The position numbers and the translations under genes were made by a program. The notes beneath the pieces are model-generated. The model was not told where the DNA came from. It saw only the letters and a program-made list of their open reading frames with translations, and made no database searches. From NCBI GenBank assembly GCA_045660085.1, contig JAZRDA010000014.1, positions 1,984 through 65,983 on the forward strand: a DNA stretch of 64,000 nt. Reading direction: 5' to 3'. Source of the stretch: Candidatus Nanosyncoccus sp. (GTDB lineage Bacteria; Patescibacteriota; Saccharimonadia; Saccharimonadales; Saccharimonadaceae). Shown piece after piece: positions 37,729 through 46,010 of the stretch (position 1 is the stretch's first letter; every line of letters starts with the position of its first letter).

Positions 37729-38649
37729 ATGCTTATGGATAACAATAAAATCATGATAGTCGGTACTGGCAACGTCGGCGCATCCATCGCTTTTGCGCTG
37801 GTAAACCAACGTACCGCAGTGAACGAAATAATATTAACCGACATCATCGCAAAGGATGCCGAAGGCGAAGCTATGGACTTACGCGATGCCCTCGCCGTTG
37901 CTCCAAGCTTTGTCAAAATCAAAAACGGCACCTATAAGGATGCCAAGGATTGCGATATCGTCGTAATCACAGCCGGCGCCGCTCAGAAACCCGGCGAGAC
38001 TCGCATGGAACTCTTGGCTAAAAACGCCAATATTTTGAAAGGCATGATTGAGCAAATTATGGCTTCAGGCTTTAATGGCATCTTTCTTGTCGTCACCAAT
38101 CCAATGGACGTTTTAACATACTACACCATGAAGTTTTCTGGCCTTCCCGCCGAACGTGTTATTGGTTCTGGTACTCTACTTGACTCTGCTCGCCTCCGCG
38201 CCCGCATTGCAAACTACCTCAATGTCAATCCGAAATCCGTTCATGCTCATCAAATCGGCGAACACGGCGACACCGAAGTTACACTCTGGTCTCTCGCCGA
38301 CATTGGTGGCCAAAAAATCAGCACACTATTACCAGCCAGCGTACGCAGAGACATCTCCGAATTCGTCCGCAACGAAGCCTACGACATTATCGACAAAAAA
38401 GGCGCCACCTACTACGGTATTGCCACCTGTGTTGCACAAATACTTAATTGTATTTTCAATGACGAAATGCGTGTTCTCCCCGTCTCATCCTATGATTACT
38501 TCTCCGATACCAGCTTCGGCTTCCCATCCGTAGTTGGCCGTGCCGGCATTATCCGCCGTCTCGATCTCAGACTGTCCGAACACGAAGGCATCGAACTTCA
38601 AAAATCCATCAATGCCTTAAAACAAGCCATCCGGACTGTGAAATATTAA
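37729..38649 (+). CDS. ldh: L-lactate dehydrogenase
   Basis: Rossmann IMIVGTGNVGASIAFAL, ITAGAAQKPGETRMEL, and catalytic region IGEHGDT. The true start may be the ATG at 37735 (MDNNK). Confidence 0.9.
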   Translation: MLMDNNKIMIVGTGNVGASIAFALVNQRTAVNEIILTDIIAKDAEGEAMDLRDALAVAPSFVKIKNGTYKDAKDCDIVVITAGAAQKPGETRMELLAKNANILKGMIEQIMASGFNGIFLVVTNPMDVLTYYTMKFSGLPAERVIGSGTLLDSARLRARIANYLNVNPKSVHAHQIGEHGDTEVTLWSLADIGGQKISTLLPASVRRDISEFVRNEAYDIIDKKGATYYGIATCVAQILNCIFNDEMRVLPVSSYDYFSDTSFGFPSVVGRAGIIRRLDLRLSEHEGIELQKSINALKQAIRTVKY

Positions 38650-39962
38650 CTTAGCGACTGTAAGTATAATAGCAATTCTTGTTTTACGAAGTCATCCTGG
38701 ACATTCTCTATTTCAGCCATGAATTTAGGCAGCTGCTTACTTAGTCGATTCTTCCGATAATCTTCATATTGTTCCGTCTCCGATTCCGACAATGTTTCTG
38801 GAAAGTTTCTCCCCTTATAGTGCAATAATAAATCTGGCAATCTTTCGTCGTCAAATTCAAGATTTAAATCTACCAGCTTACTTGGCTCAGCATTTCTAAC
38901 CACAGCGACCTTCACCCGATCCGCATCGTTTAAAAACCCATCATATATCGCCCCTTCCGGCTCCTCCGCTGGTGGAAACTCCGGTCGGTTCTCATACTCC
39001 TCACGCATTTGCTCCGCAAACTCCGGATGCGCCAACAATGACTGTAAGTTTTTTTCCACCGTCTCCTTATCTAATCCAATTTTCTCCCACCCACCATTCT
39101 TATCGAGTACCCCAAGCGGCGCCACAACAGGGCACTTGTTATAGCATAGCTCCTTCACGATTGGGAATATAGATTCGACAGAATCTATATTGTACCGAAG
39201 ATCAAATACTAATACATTTCCATTTCGTCCTGGCGCAATCGGAAACACCACGGTCGTCTTATTAAATTCATTAGCGTATCGCCCACTTGCATATATAAAC
39301 GGCTTCGGATTTTCCAAATTCACCAGTTTTTTCACGTCATTCTTACCACGTATACTATATAAATAATTGAACAAATCCGGTTGTTTTTCCCGAATCAATT
39401 TCGCCACCGCAATCGTCGCATACACATCTGACAATGCATCATGCGCATGCTCATGCGAAACTCCGTTCAGCTTAGTAATTAGCTCCAATCTATTCGTCGG
39501 CGCGCCATCATCCCGAAACGGCCAGTTAATCCCCTCCGGCCTAAGTGCCCTAGTGAGCCGTACCACATCCAAGATATCCCAACGGCTCCGTCCATCTTTC
39601 CACTCCCATTCATATGGATCGTAGAAGTTCCGCCACAGGCACGCCCGCATAAATTCATCATCAAATCTTACCGTATTATATCCAACCGCAATCGTATCTG
39701 GTACAAAAATTTCTTCAGTAACATACTTGCAAAACTCCGCCTCACTAATTCCATCCATCAGGGTTTGCTGAGGTGTAATACCAGTCACATTAATCGCACC
39801 CGGACTCGGCAAGGCATCGTTCGTCATCTTGACCAGCACATTCACTGGCTCACCCACCGGATTTAGTTCCATATCGGTCCGCTGCCCAGCAAATTGCATT
39901 ATCCGATCATCTCTCGGTTTTAACCCCGATGTCTCTAAATCATAAAAGAAAAATGTCTTCAT
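38646..39962 (-). CDS. sbcB: exodeoxyribonuclease I
   Basis: DEDDh exonuclease motifs (FFFYDLETSG, GYNTVRFDDEF, HDALSDV) plus a ~230-aa C-terminal region, as in ExoI. The ATG at 39960-39962 is preferred over the GTG at 39965. Confidence 0.82.
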   Translation of the reverse strand: MKTFFFYDLETSGLKPRDDRIMQFAGQRTDMELNPVGEPVNVLVKMTNDALPSPGAINVTGITPQQTLMDGISEAEFCKYVTEEIFVPDTIAVGYNTVRFDDEFMRACLWRNFYDPYEWEWKDGRSRWDILDVVRLTRALRPEGINWPFRDDGAPTNRLELITKLNGVSHEHAHDALSDVYATIAVAKLIREKQPDLFNYLYSIRGKNDVKKLVNLENPKPFIYASGRYANEFNKTTVVFPIAPGRNGNVLVFDLRYNIDSVESIFPIVKELCYNKCPVVAPLGVLDKNGGWEKIGLDKETVEKNLQSLLAHPEFAEQMREEYENRPEFPPAEEPEGAIYDGFLNDADRVKVAVVRNAEPSKLVDLNLEFDDERLPDLLLHYKGRNFPETLSESETEQYEDYRKNRLSKQLPKFMAEIENVQDDFVKQELLLYLQSLS

Positions 39963-40143
39963 CACTCCCGTCCTAACTTATTATCAATTATCATCACAGT
40001 ATTCTTATATCATATGCGATGTTTTTTCACAACCACCGTGTGTCTGCCCACCATCACATACCATCTCGCGACCTTTACATAGAATTCGTGCAAATATTAT
40101 GGTACTCTTAAACTCGTCTACAGAAACCAGCTATTTTCAAAAC

Positions 40144-40170
40144 AAAAAATTCCCCCGACCGAAGCCAGGG
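40144..40170 (-). terminator. rho-independent terminator with UUCG loop
   Basis: Minus strand reads cccctggc-ttcg-gtcggggg followed by aatttttt. Immediately after the 30-aa ORF. Confidence 0.75.
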
Positions 40171-40185
40171 GAGGAGGAAACCCCC

Positions 40186-40278
40186 TCAACGGCGGCGGCG
40201 CCATCTTCTTACGATGGCATCCACCGCCAGGCCGATCATAAATGCGGCCACGCATGTAAATAAAACTAATAGTTCCAT
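40186..40278 (-). CDS. 30-aa hydrophobic peptide with poly-Arg tail
   Basis: Not in the track. MELLVLFTCVAAFMIGLAVDAIVRRWRRRR. GGAGGG Shine-Dalgarno 6 nt upstream, a consensus promoter ~65 nt upstream, and its own terminator. Confidence 0.6.
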   Translation of the reverse strand: MELLVLFTCVAAFMIGLAVDAIVRRWRRRR

Positions 40279-40339
40279 AATTTCCCTCCATTTTGATATA
40301 CTCGCCTCACCCTCCGTCAAAGGTAAGACTGTAACTAAC

Positions 40340-40368
40340 ATTATATCACACTTACGTTATTTTGTCAA
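40340..40368 (-). promoter_or_regulatory. perfect consensus sigma70 promoter (TTGACA, 17-nt spacer, TGaTATAAT)
   Basis: Minus strand reads TTGACAaaataacgtaagtgtgaTATAAT. Drives the 30-aa ORF. Confidence 0.75.
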
Positions 40369-40412
40369 CTGTATAACAATAAAATTCATCAATATAAAGC
40401 ATATCAGTTTTC

Positions 40413-40445
40413 AAAAAAACAACCCCCGACCACAAAGATCAGGGG
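40413..40445 (-). terminator. rho-independent terminator after the 113-aa membrane protein gene
   Basis: Minus strand reads cccctgatc-tttgt-ggtcggggg followed by ttgttttttt. Shares the cccccgacc arm with the terminator at 40144-40170. Confidence 0.7.
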
Positions 40446-40490
40446 TGTCCGAGGGATAACTATGGATTGTTCGCCGCTACGCTAATAGCA

Positions 40491-40832
40491 CTAGTCATTC
40501 ATTGTTTTATCGACGATTCGACGGGCAGTACACGCCGCTATCACGCCGACCGCGCAGCACACCAGGATCGTCAACCCCTCGATATGGTATTCTAACGGGA
40601 CAAGGACACTTATTACCTTGCCGATCCCCGTCCCCGACTCAACGTAGAGTTGAATCGAACTAAGAATACCGACGGCCCGGCAATACAACTGCCGGATGCC
40701 AACAGATTCTGTCTCCTCGCGCTTCCGCAAGGAAGACAGTTTCTTTCCCAGAAACGCCCCACAAAGGAGCATCATGGGAATCATAAACATGTAGGCATTG
40801 AAGCCCACTGTAACACCGAAGAGCTTGAACAT
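40491..40832 (-). CDS. small multi-pass membrane protein (113 aa), unknown function
   Basis: ORF 40491-40838. The ATG at 40832 has AAGGAGG 8 nt upstream. About 3 hydrophobic segments. Looks more GC-rich by eye than flanking genes. Confidence 0.6.
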   Translation of the reverse strand: MFKLFGVTVGFNAYMFMIPMMLLCGAFLGKKLSSLRKREETESVGIRQLYCRAVGILSSIQLYVESGTGIGKVISVLVPLEYHIEGLTILVCCAVGVIAACTARRIVDKTMND

Positions 40833-40889
40833 ACGCAAGCCCTCCTTTCAATTTACTCAGCACACCTTCCCGGCATGCCTGTAACCATA

Positions 40890-40918
40890 ATTATACACTA
40901 TTTATGCAAAACCGTCAA
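40890..40918 (-). promoter_or_regulatory. near-consensus promoter (TTGACG, 17-nt spacer, TATAAT)
   Basis: Minus strand reads TTGACGgttttgcataaatagtgTATAAT, about 55 nt upstream of the ATG at 40832. Confidence 0.65.
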
Positions 40919-41010
40919 CTATTTCGTAACATATCTAACAAACAAACAAACCATTATTCGCTAATCATCAAAAACCAAACACCTCAATTCCATAATTCCG
41001 CATTAAACGC

Positions 41011-41739
41011 TTATTCCGTACCGTCACCTTGCATCATCTCGTCATAGTCAATACCATAATTCGCATATTGCAGCCTCATATAAGCCTCATCTAATTCACT
41101 TGCCAGGGTCTTCAAAGGATCTTCCTTAGCCACTGCCATCACGATAAATTTCAGAGGTTTATTCATACCGCCGCAAATCTCCATCGAATCGCCATAAGCA
41201 AGCTCCCCTGGAACCGTAATTTCCCGAATTCCGCCCAGCCTCATGCCTTCTACCCCTAGGTTCCACCCCTCAATCATACCGAGAGAAGCATCTAGTATCT
41301 TAGAGAAAGCTTGCGGATTATTATTATCATCGAATGACGAGTCAAAAATCGACTCATCCGCGCACCACCCTACATAATAAGCCAAATAATTCGTATCACC
41401 CTCAGCCAGCTTCTCTCCTGAGCCCTTCTTTAAATCACGCTTCTGAATCCCATTCTCATTGGCAGAATTCTCATTGTAGGCCTTTATCTCCCCCTTAAAT
41501 GCGATAAATTCATTATAATCTTCCGCCGTCGCCGCACTAAATTCGCTGACTTTCTCATTGTACGCCTCCTCATATTCGGCAATTTTAGCTTGGTCTATCT
41601 CGCCACTGTTAGCACTAGACATACCACCGTTTAAAACAATTGCAGCATAACTCGCTATAATCGAGCCAACCATAATTATGGCAATTAAACCAATAAAAAT
41701 ACGTTGCTTCGGACTTGTTTTTAGCTCTTTTTGGTCCAT
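41011..41739 (-). CDS. membrane-anchored FKBP-type peptidyl-prolyl cis-trans isomerase
   Basis: N-terminal transmembrane segment. C-terminal FKBP fold (YYVGW..DESIFDSSFD, IEGWNLGVEGMRLGGIREITVPGELAYG). Confidence 0.8.
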   Translation of the reverse strand: MDQKELKTSPKQRIFIGLIAIIMVGSIIASYAAIVLNGGMSSANSGEIDQAKIAEYEEAYNEKVSEFSAATAEDYNEFIAFKGEIKAYNENSANENGIQKRDLKKGSGEKLAEGDTNYLAYYVGWCADESIFDSSFDDNNNPQAFSKILDASLGMIEGWNLGVEGMRLGGIREITVPGELAYGDSMEICGGMNKPLKFIVMAVAKEDPLKTLASELDEAYMRLQYANYGIDYDEMMQGDGTE

Positions 41740-41781
41740 ACAGAATCTCCACTTAATCGTTATTAGATATAATTATACCAC

Positions 41782-41808
41782 AAAAATAACCCCCGCAGGG
41801 GTTATTTT
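41782..41808 (-). terminator. rho-independent terminator after rplO
   Basis: Minus strand reads aaaataacccc-tgcg-ggggttattttt. Confidence 0.75.
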
Positions 41809-41812
41809 AGGA

Positions 41813-42277
41813 TTATTCTGCTTTTTTCTCAGGTTTCTTTAAGATTGCTACTTGTTTGAACGAACCGCCTGCCTTCTTAATTGCCTCAATAGCGGATTTC
41901 GAAGCGAATTGTGTTTCAAGTTCAATCTTAGCCTTCAACTCACCACGAGTAATCACCTTCACCTTAACAAAAGGCGAAGAAATCAGCGCGGCCTCAGCCA
42001 TTACAAAGTTATCAACCTTGCCCGAAAGTTCATTTAATCTGTCAGTATAGACAACTTCAGCCTTTGGATGTAAAGATTTGAAACCTTTCAGCTTCGGCAC
42101 AGCCTGCATGATAGCACGCTGACCGCCCATGAATCCAGTTGGCATTTTACGATGGCCGGTACGAGCTTTTTGGCCCTTGGTGCCACGGCCAGCAGTCTTA
42201 CCCTGCCCTGCCGAAATACCACGACCCTTACGCGACGGGCGAGCATTCTTCACGACCTCTAAATCATTGTATTTCAT
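41813..42277 (-). CDS. rplO: 50S ribosomal protein L15
   Basis: KGRGISAGQGKTAGRGTKGQKARTG is the L15 signature. Start abuts the rpsE stop, so no L30 gene lies between them. Confidence 0.94.
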   Translation of the reverse strand: MKYNDLEVVKNARPSRKGRGISAGQGKTAGRGTKGQKARTGHRKMPTGFMGGQRAIMQAVPKLKGFKSLHPKAEVVYTDRLNELSGKVDNFVMAEAALISSPFVKVKVITRGELKAKIELETQFASKSAIEAIKKAGGSFKQVAILKKPEKKAE

Positions 42278-43149
42278 TACTTACTCTCCTTCTCTGAAAA
42301 CTTTTTAGCCGAAGTAGACTTCTTAGTCGAGGTAGCCTTCTTGGCCGACGTAGCTTTCTTAGCTGAAGTAGTTTTCTCAGCTGGCGCAGCCTCCTTAGCC
42401 GAAGTAGCCTTCTTGACAGTAGCTTTCTTAACGGTAGCCTTCTCAGTGGCAGCTTCCTTATCGGCCACTGGCTTCTTCACGGATTTAACTTCCTTCGCCT
42501 CTTCAGCGGCAACCTTCTTTAGCTTTGGCTTCAAAACTTTACCTTCATTACCAACCCACTCGTTTCTAGGTGTCTGTTGTTTCAGACCCTCAATCACCGC
42601 ATAGGCGATATTTACCTTATTGGTCGACCCCAAGGACTTCGAAATCAGATTCTTCACCCCAGTAAGACCCATAATCGAGCGCACTGTACCACCAGCAATA
42701 ATACCCGTACCAGGAGCCGCCGGTTTCATCAATACATCTGCACCAGTTATCTTAACGCGAGTCTCATGGCAGATCGTTTCTTTGTCCATGTTAAACGCAA
42801 TCATCGATTTCTTAGCCTTACGCTCGGCCTTAGAAACTGCAGTCGTCACATCGTTACCCTTAGCAACACCAATGCCGACCTTATTCTTATGATTACCGAT
42901 TGCTACCAAAGCCTTAAAGCGCATTCTACGTCCACCAGCTACGGTTCTCGACACGCGGTCCACTGCAATGGTAATTGAATCGTATTCTTTCTTGCCCGCA
43001 TCTGCGCGCACGCGATCGCGACGATTACGTCGATCCATCCGCTTACCAGATATATCACGAGTTTGTTTGGTCGCGGCAACCTTGTCTTCCATTTTAAGGG
43101 TGCCGGACTTATTAATTACTCTTGGGGCCTTCTTCTCTGTATCAGCCAT
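42277..43149 (-). CDS. rpsE: 30S ribosomal protein S5, unusually long (290 aa) with N- and C-terminal extensions
   Basis: S5 core ITIAVDRVSRTVAGGRRMRFKALVAIGN...GIGVAKGNDVTTAVSKA...GTGIIAGGTVRSI. About 55 extra N-terminal and ~80 extra C-terminal residues. Confidence 0.93.
   Translation of the reverse strand: MADTEKKAPRVINKSGTLKMEDKVAATKQTRDISGKRMDRRNRRDRVRADAGKKEYDSITIAVDRVSRTVAGGRRMRFKALVAIGNHKNKVGIGVAKGNDVTTAVSKAERKAKKSMIAFNMDKETICHETRVKITGADVLMKPAAPGTGIIAGGTVRSIMGLTGVKNLISKSLGSTNKVNIAYAVIEGLKQQTPRNEWVGNEGKVLKPKLKKVAAEEAKEVKSVKKPVADKEAATEKATVKKATVKKATSAKEAAPAEKTTSAKKATSAKKATSTKKSTSAKKFSEKESK
42298..42450. repeat. in-frame short tandem repeats in the rpsE 3' region
   Basis: Encodes TSAKKA-TSAKKA-TSTKKS-TSAKKF (18-nt period) and KKATV x3 (15-nt period). 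Boundaries are approximate. Confidence 0.6.
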
Positions 43150-43151
43150 AA

Positions 43152-43481
43152 TTAAAACTCCAATCCTTCTTTGCGAGCCGCATCAGCAAATGCCGACATC
43201 CGCCCAGCATATAATTTAGAACCACGATCGAAAACTACCTTGGAAATCTTAGCAGCTTTTGCCTTCTTAGCAATCTCTGCACCAATCTTGGCAGCTTTTT
43301 CCGCCTTGGTACCAGTCATTTTGCCGCCAACCGTAGTCGCATAGCAAAGTGTTACCTTCTTGTCATCATCAATTATTTGTGCGACGATGTGCAAATTCGA
43401 AAAATGCACAGCGAGCCTCGGCCTGTCAGCGGTACCGTGAATCTTGGCACGAGTTCTTTTTGCTCTAAATTCAGCTTTCAT
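43152..43481 (-). CDS. rplR: 50S ribosomal protein L18
   Basis: RPRLAVHFSNLHIVAQIIDD...VFDRGSKLYAGRMSAFADAARKEGLEF is L18. Confidence 0.94.
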   Translation of the reverse strand: MKAEFRAKRTRAKIHGTADRPRLAVHFSNLHIVAQIIDDDKKVTLCYATTVGGKMTGTKAEKAAKIGAEIAKKAKAAKISKVVFDRGSKLYAGRMSAFADAARKEGLEF

Positions 43482-44017
43482 TATTTCTTACCCGCCTTTC
43501 CTGCCTTACGAATAATTACTTCGTCGACATATTTAATACCTTTACCCTTATAAGGCTCAGGCTTCTTCAGTGCACGAATCTCTGCGGCAACCTGACCAAC
43601 TTTCTGCTTGTCGATGCCAGATACCGTAATCTCCATCTTGTTAGTAGCAAGTTGTACACCTTCAGGTGCCTTGTATTTTACTGGGTGAGAAAACCCAAGT
43701 GCCATCTCAATCTCCTGACCACCGCCAGAAAGACGAAAACCGACACCGTTAATCTCTAATTTCTTCTCGTAACCTTTAGTTACACCTTTTACAGCGTTGT
43801 TTAGAAGTGCACGCTGTAAGCCGTGCCAGGCACGAGACTTTGGCTCGTCATCTTCGCGAGTGACGGTCAAAGTAGCACCATCAACAGAAACCTTAGTTCT
43901 AGGTTGCACTGGAACTACGAGTGAACCCTTCGGGCCCGCAACAGTAACTTCACTGTCGCCGACCGTGATTGTCACTCCCGCCGGAATCTCGATGGGTTGT
44001 TTTCCGATACGACTCAT
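43481..44017 (-). CDS. rplF: 50S ribosomal protein L6
   Basis: MSRIGKQPIEIPAGVTITV is the L6 N-terminus. The ATG at 44017 has AAGGAG upstream. The track ORF start at 44074 is rejected. Confidence 0.94.
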   Translation of the reverse strand: MSRIGKQPIEIPAGVTITVGDSEVTVAGPKGSLVVPVQPRTKVSVDGATLTVTREDDEPKSRAWHGLQRALLNNAVKGVTKGYEKKLEINGVGFRLSGGGQEIEMALGFSHPVKYKAPEGVQLATNKMEITVSGIDKQKVGQVAAEIRALKKPEPYKGKGIKYVDEVIIRKAGKAGKK

Positions 44018-44163
44018 TTGTCTCCTTTTGTTAATATTACCTATAATAATATCACACTTTAGTATTTTCCGCAAGAGGCCGCAAGGTTAAGCCGCAAAAA
44101 CCACAACACCTCAGAACCCCCAGACAATCTGGGGGTTCTAATGCTAGCTATTATCGATTGCAA

Positions 44164-45873
44164 CTATCTACGACGAATCAGATAAGCAAAGCTCACTACT
44201 GAAGTAAGAATTCCTATTACTACAGCCGTGACAACTGCTGCATTCATAGCCGAAGCACCAGCCATTGTTACAACACCAGTCTCAGGTGCAGAAGTTTCTT
44301 CGGCCGCTTCTTCACTTTCCTCATTAACACCAACTACGCCATAAGTCGAAAGATGTGTCGTACTAAACTCAATCCAGTAGAAATACCAGGTTTCTGACTC
44401 GCCAGTTATCGGATCCACATAACCGTAGGTTTCGGTATTCAAATCAGCTTCAAGCCGCTCAACCTCATTCCCATCTTCATCAAAGTAGACAACCTCAATC
44501 TTGTCATACTCAGCAAGCTGATTATATGTGTCTTCATCGATATCGATATAAACCCTCATATCGACATCGTTTACTTCTATCCTTACGTCATCCCGATCTA
44601 CCATATTAATATCAATTGCGCCTATAAGTTCGCCATCACCGGTCAATTTAAGTTCACTTGGATCAATCGTCTCCGCTGTAAGATCGGCCTTGCGATCTGC
44701 AATCAGTTCACTATTGAAATCTACATAGACCGCATAGTCACCATAAAGCGCTTCAAGGTAATCATCCTTGTAATCAATTTGCTTTGGCCAAACTTCGTAT
44801 GCGCCGGTATTCTCATTATAATCTGCCTCATAACCAGGGATAAGATCTTCCTCGGCCGGCTCAGTCATGAACTCGCCACCATTGATTTCGACATTAATCC
44901 TGCCAGCATCATTGTTTAAGCCTGCAGTGTAGCCATTTCTCAGAGCAAAACCAATTTCTTCTTCAGTGAACTTAGTCTTAAATCCACCCAGAAGCCCTTC
45001 GCTAATAGTAACATTAACCTCTTGTTCGTAACCTTCTGCAGTATTACCTAAATCGTAGAGCACAACATCGCCATTAATCCGAGTATTATAACCAGAAATG
45101 GAAACATTCATACTATTACCATAGTCAGTAGTAGTACTACTATACGAACCCGCAATTAGAGTGATCGCCTCATTCGTCATACTTGGCATACCATTATAAT
45201 TTACATCCAAACCGTCACCTTCGACTGGATTTGACTGCACATTAATAGTACCCCCCTCAATCGTAATCTGACCCATTCTGGCCGCAATGCCACCAGACAA
45301 AGTCCCACCGCGCATTTCCAAGAACACTTGACCAGGCATATAAACTGCCGGATATCTATTGGAGATTAGCTGTCCCCCATGAATATAAAAATTCATATCA
45401 CCAGTAGTATTATTACCAGCAAAAGCTGCATAATCAGCTACCACCTGACCACTTTCCATCGTAACGCGACCATTATTCAAGGCATATACGCCATACATCG
45501 TCGGGTTAGTTGCACTAATGGTCACACCGTCAATCATTAGCTCCGCACCATCCACGCGCGCACCATAGCGCCCGGCCGTGATAGTGCCACTACCACGCAA
45601 CGTAAGCGATGCTCCGTCCGTGACATTGATGAAATCTTTGCCACTTACGCCATTTATGTCTTTATTAATTAATAGTGTTTTCTGAACACCTGACACCACA
45701 ATTGTATCCGTCGTAGTAACAGATGTTGATTCTGTATCTGCGAGGCAAGTTTCCAACTCTTCCAGATCAGCCGCCACGCACTCGCCGTCAGCCCAGACCG
45801 CTGGCGCAAAAACACCCGAACCAGCAACTAAGGCAGCCGCTGATAAGACACGAGCTATTTTATATTTAGCCAT
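44164..45873 (-). CDS. sortase-anchored surface protein with beta-helix-like repeats
   Basis: Signal peptide (LSAAALVAGSGVFAPAVWA). Repeated G-x-(I/V/L)-x-(I/V)-x-G-G segments. C-terminal sorting signal APETG, then a hydrophobic segment and RRR. Start at MAKYK (45873) has GGAGG upstream. Confidence 0.75.
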   Translation of the reverse strand: MAKYKIARVLSAAALVAGSGVFAPAVWADGECVAADLEELETCLADTESTSVTTTDTIVVSGVQKTLLINKDINGVSGKDFINVTDGASLTLRGSGTITAGRYGARVDGAELMIDGVTISATNPTMYGVYALNNGRVTMESGQVVADYAAFAGNNTTGDMNFYIHGGQLISNRYPAVYMPGQVFLEMRGGTLSGGIAARMGQITIEGGTINVQSNPVEGDGLDVNYNGMPSMTNEAITLIAGSYSSTTTDYGNSMNVSISGYNTRINGDVVLYDLGNTAEGYEQEVNVTISEGLLGGFKTKFTEEEIGFALRNGYTAGLNNDAGRINVEINGGEFMTEPAEEDLIPGYEADYNENTGAYEVWPKQIDYKDDYLEALYGDYAVYVDFNSELIADRKADLTAETIDPSELKLTGDGELIGAIDINMVDRDDVRIEVNDVDMRVYIDIDEDTYNQLAEYDKIEVVYFDEDGNEVERLEADLNTETYGYVDPITGESETWYFYWIEFSTTHLSTYGVVGVNEESEEAAEETSAPETGVVTMAGASAMNAAVVTAVVIGILTSVVSFAYLIRRR

Positions 45874-45897
45874 TTTTTCCTCCAATTACTAATTTAG

Positions 45898-45926
45898 ATT
45901 ATATATTGGCAAAATCCTTAAGTCAA
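45898..45926 (-). promoter_or_regulatory. consensus-like promoter (TTGACT, 17-nt spacer, TATAAT) of the 569-aa surface protein gene
   Basis: Minus strand reads TTGACTtaaggattttgccaataTATAAT, 24 nt upstream of the ATG. Confidence 0.65.
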
Positions 45927-46010
45927 TAATTTAAATAAGCAATTTAGGAGACTTTTCCACCAACAAAGTATTCATCGACTTAATCGGTGAATACTTTGCT
46001 TCATTTTCTA

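Noticed and set aside
39966-40143. Possible additional mini-ORF (19 aa, MVCDGGQTHGGCEKTSHMI) or antisense-RNA promoter between sbcB and the 30-aa peptide gene
   Set aside because: There is no SD, no terminator, and only weak -10/-35 matches on either strand. The region is more simply the sbcB promoter/leader.
44114-44140. Hairpin agaaccccca-gacaatc-tgggggttct between the 569-aa surface protein gene and rplF, considered as a terminator
   Set aside because: The stem is good, but no U-tract follows it on the minus strand. It may be a processing or attenuation site. There is not enough evidence to call it a rho-independent terminator.
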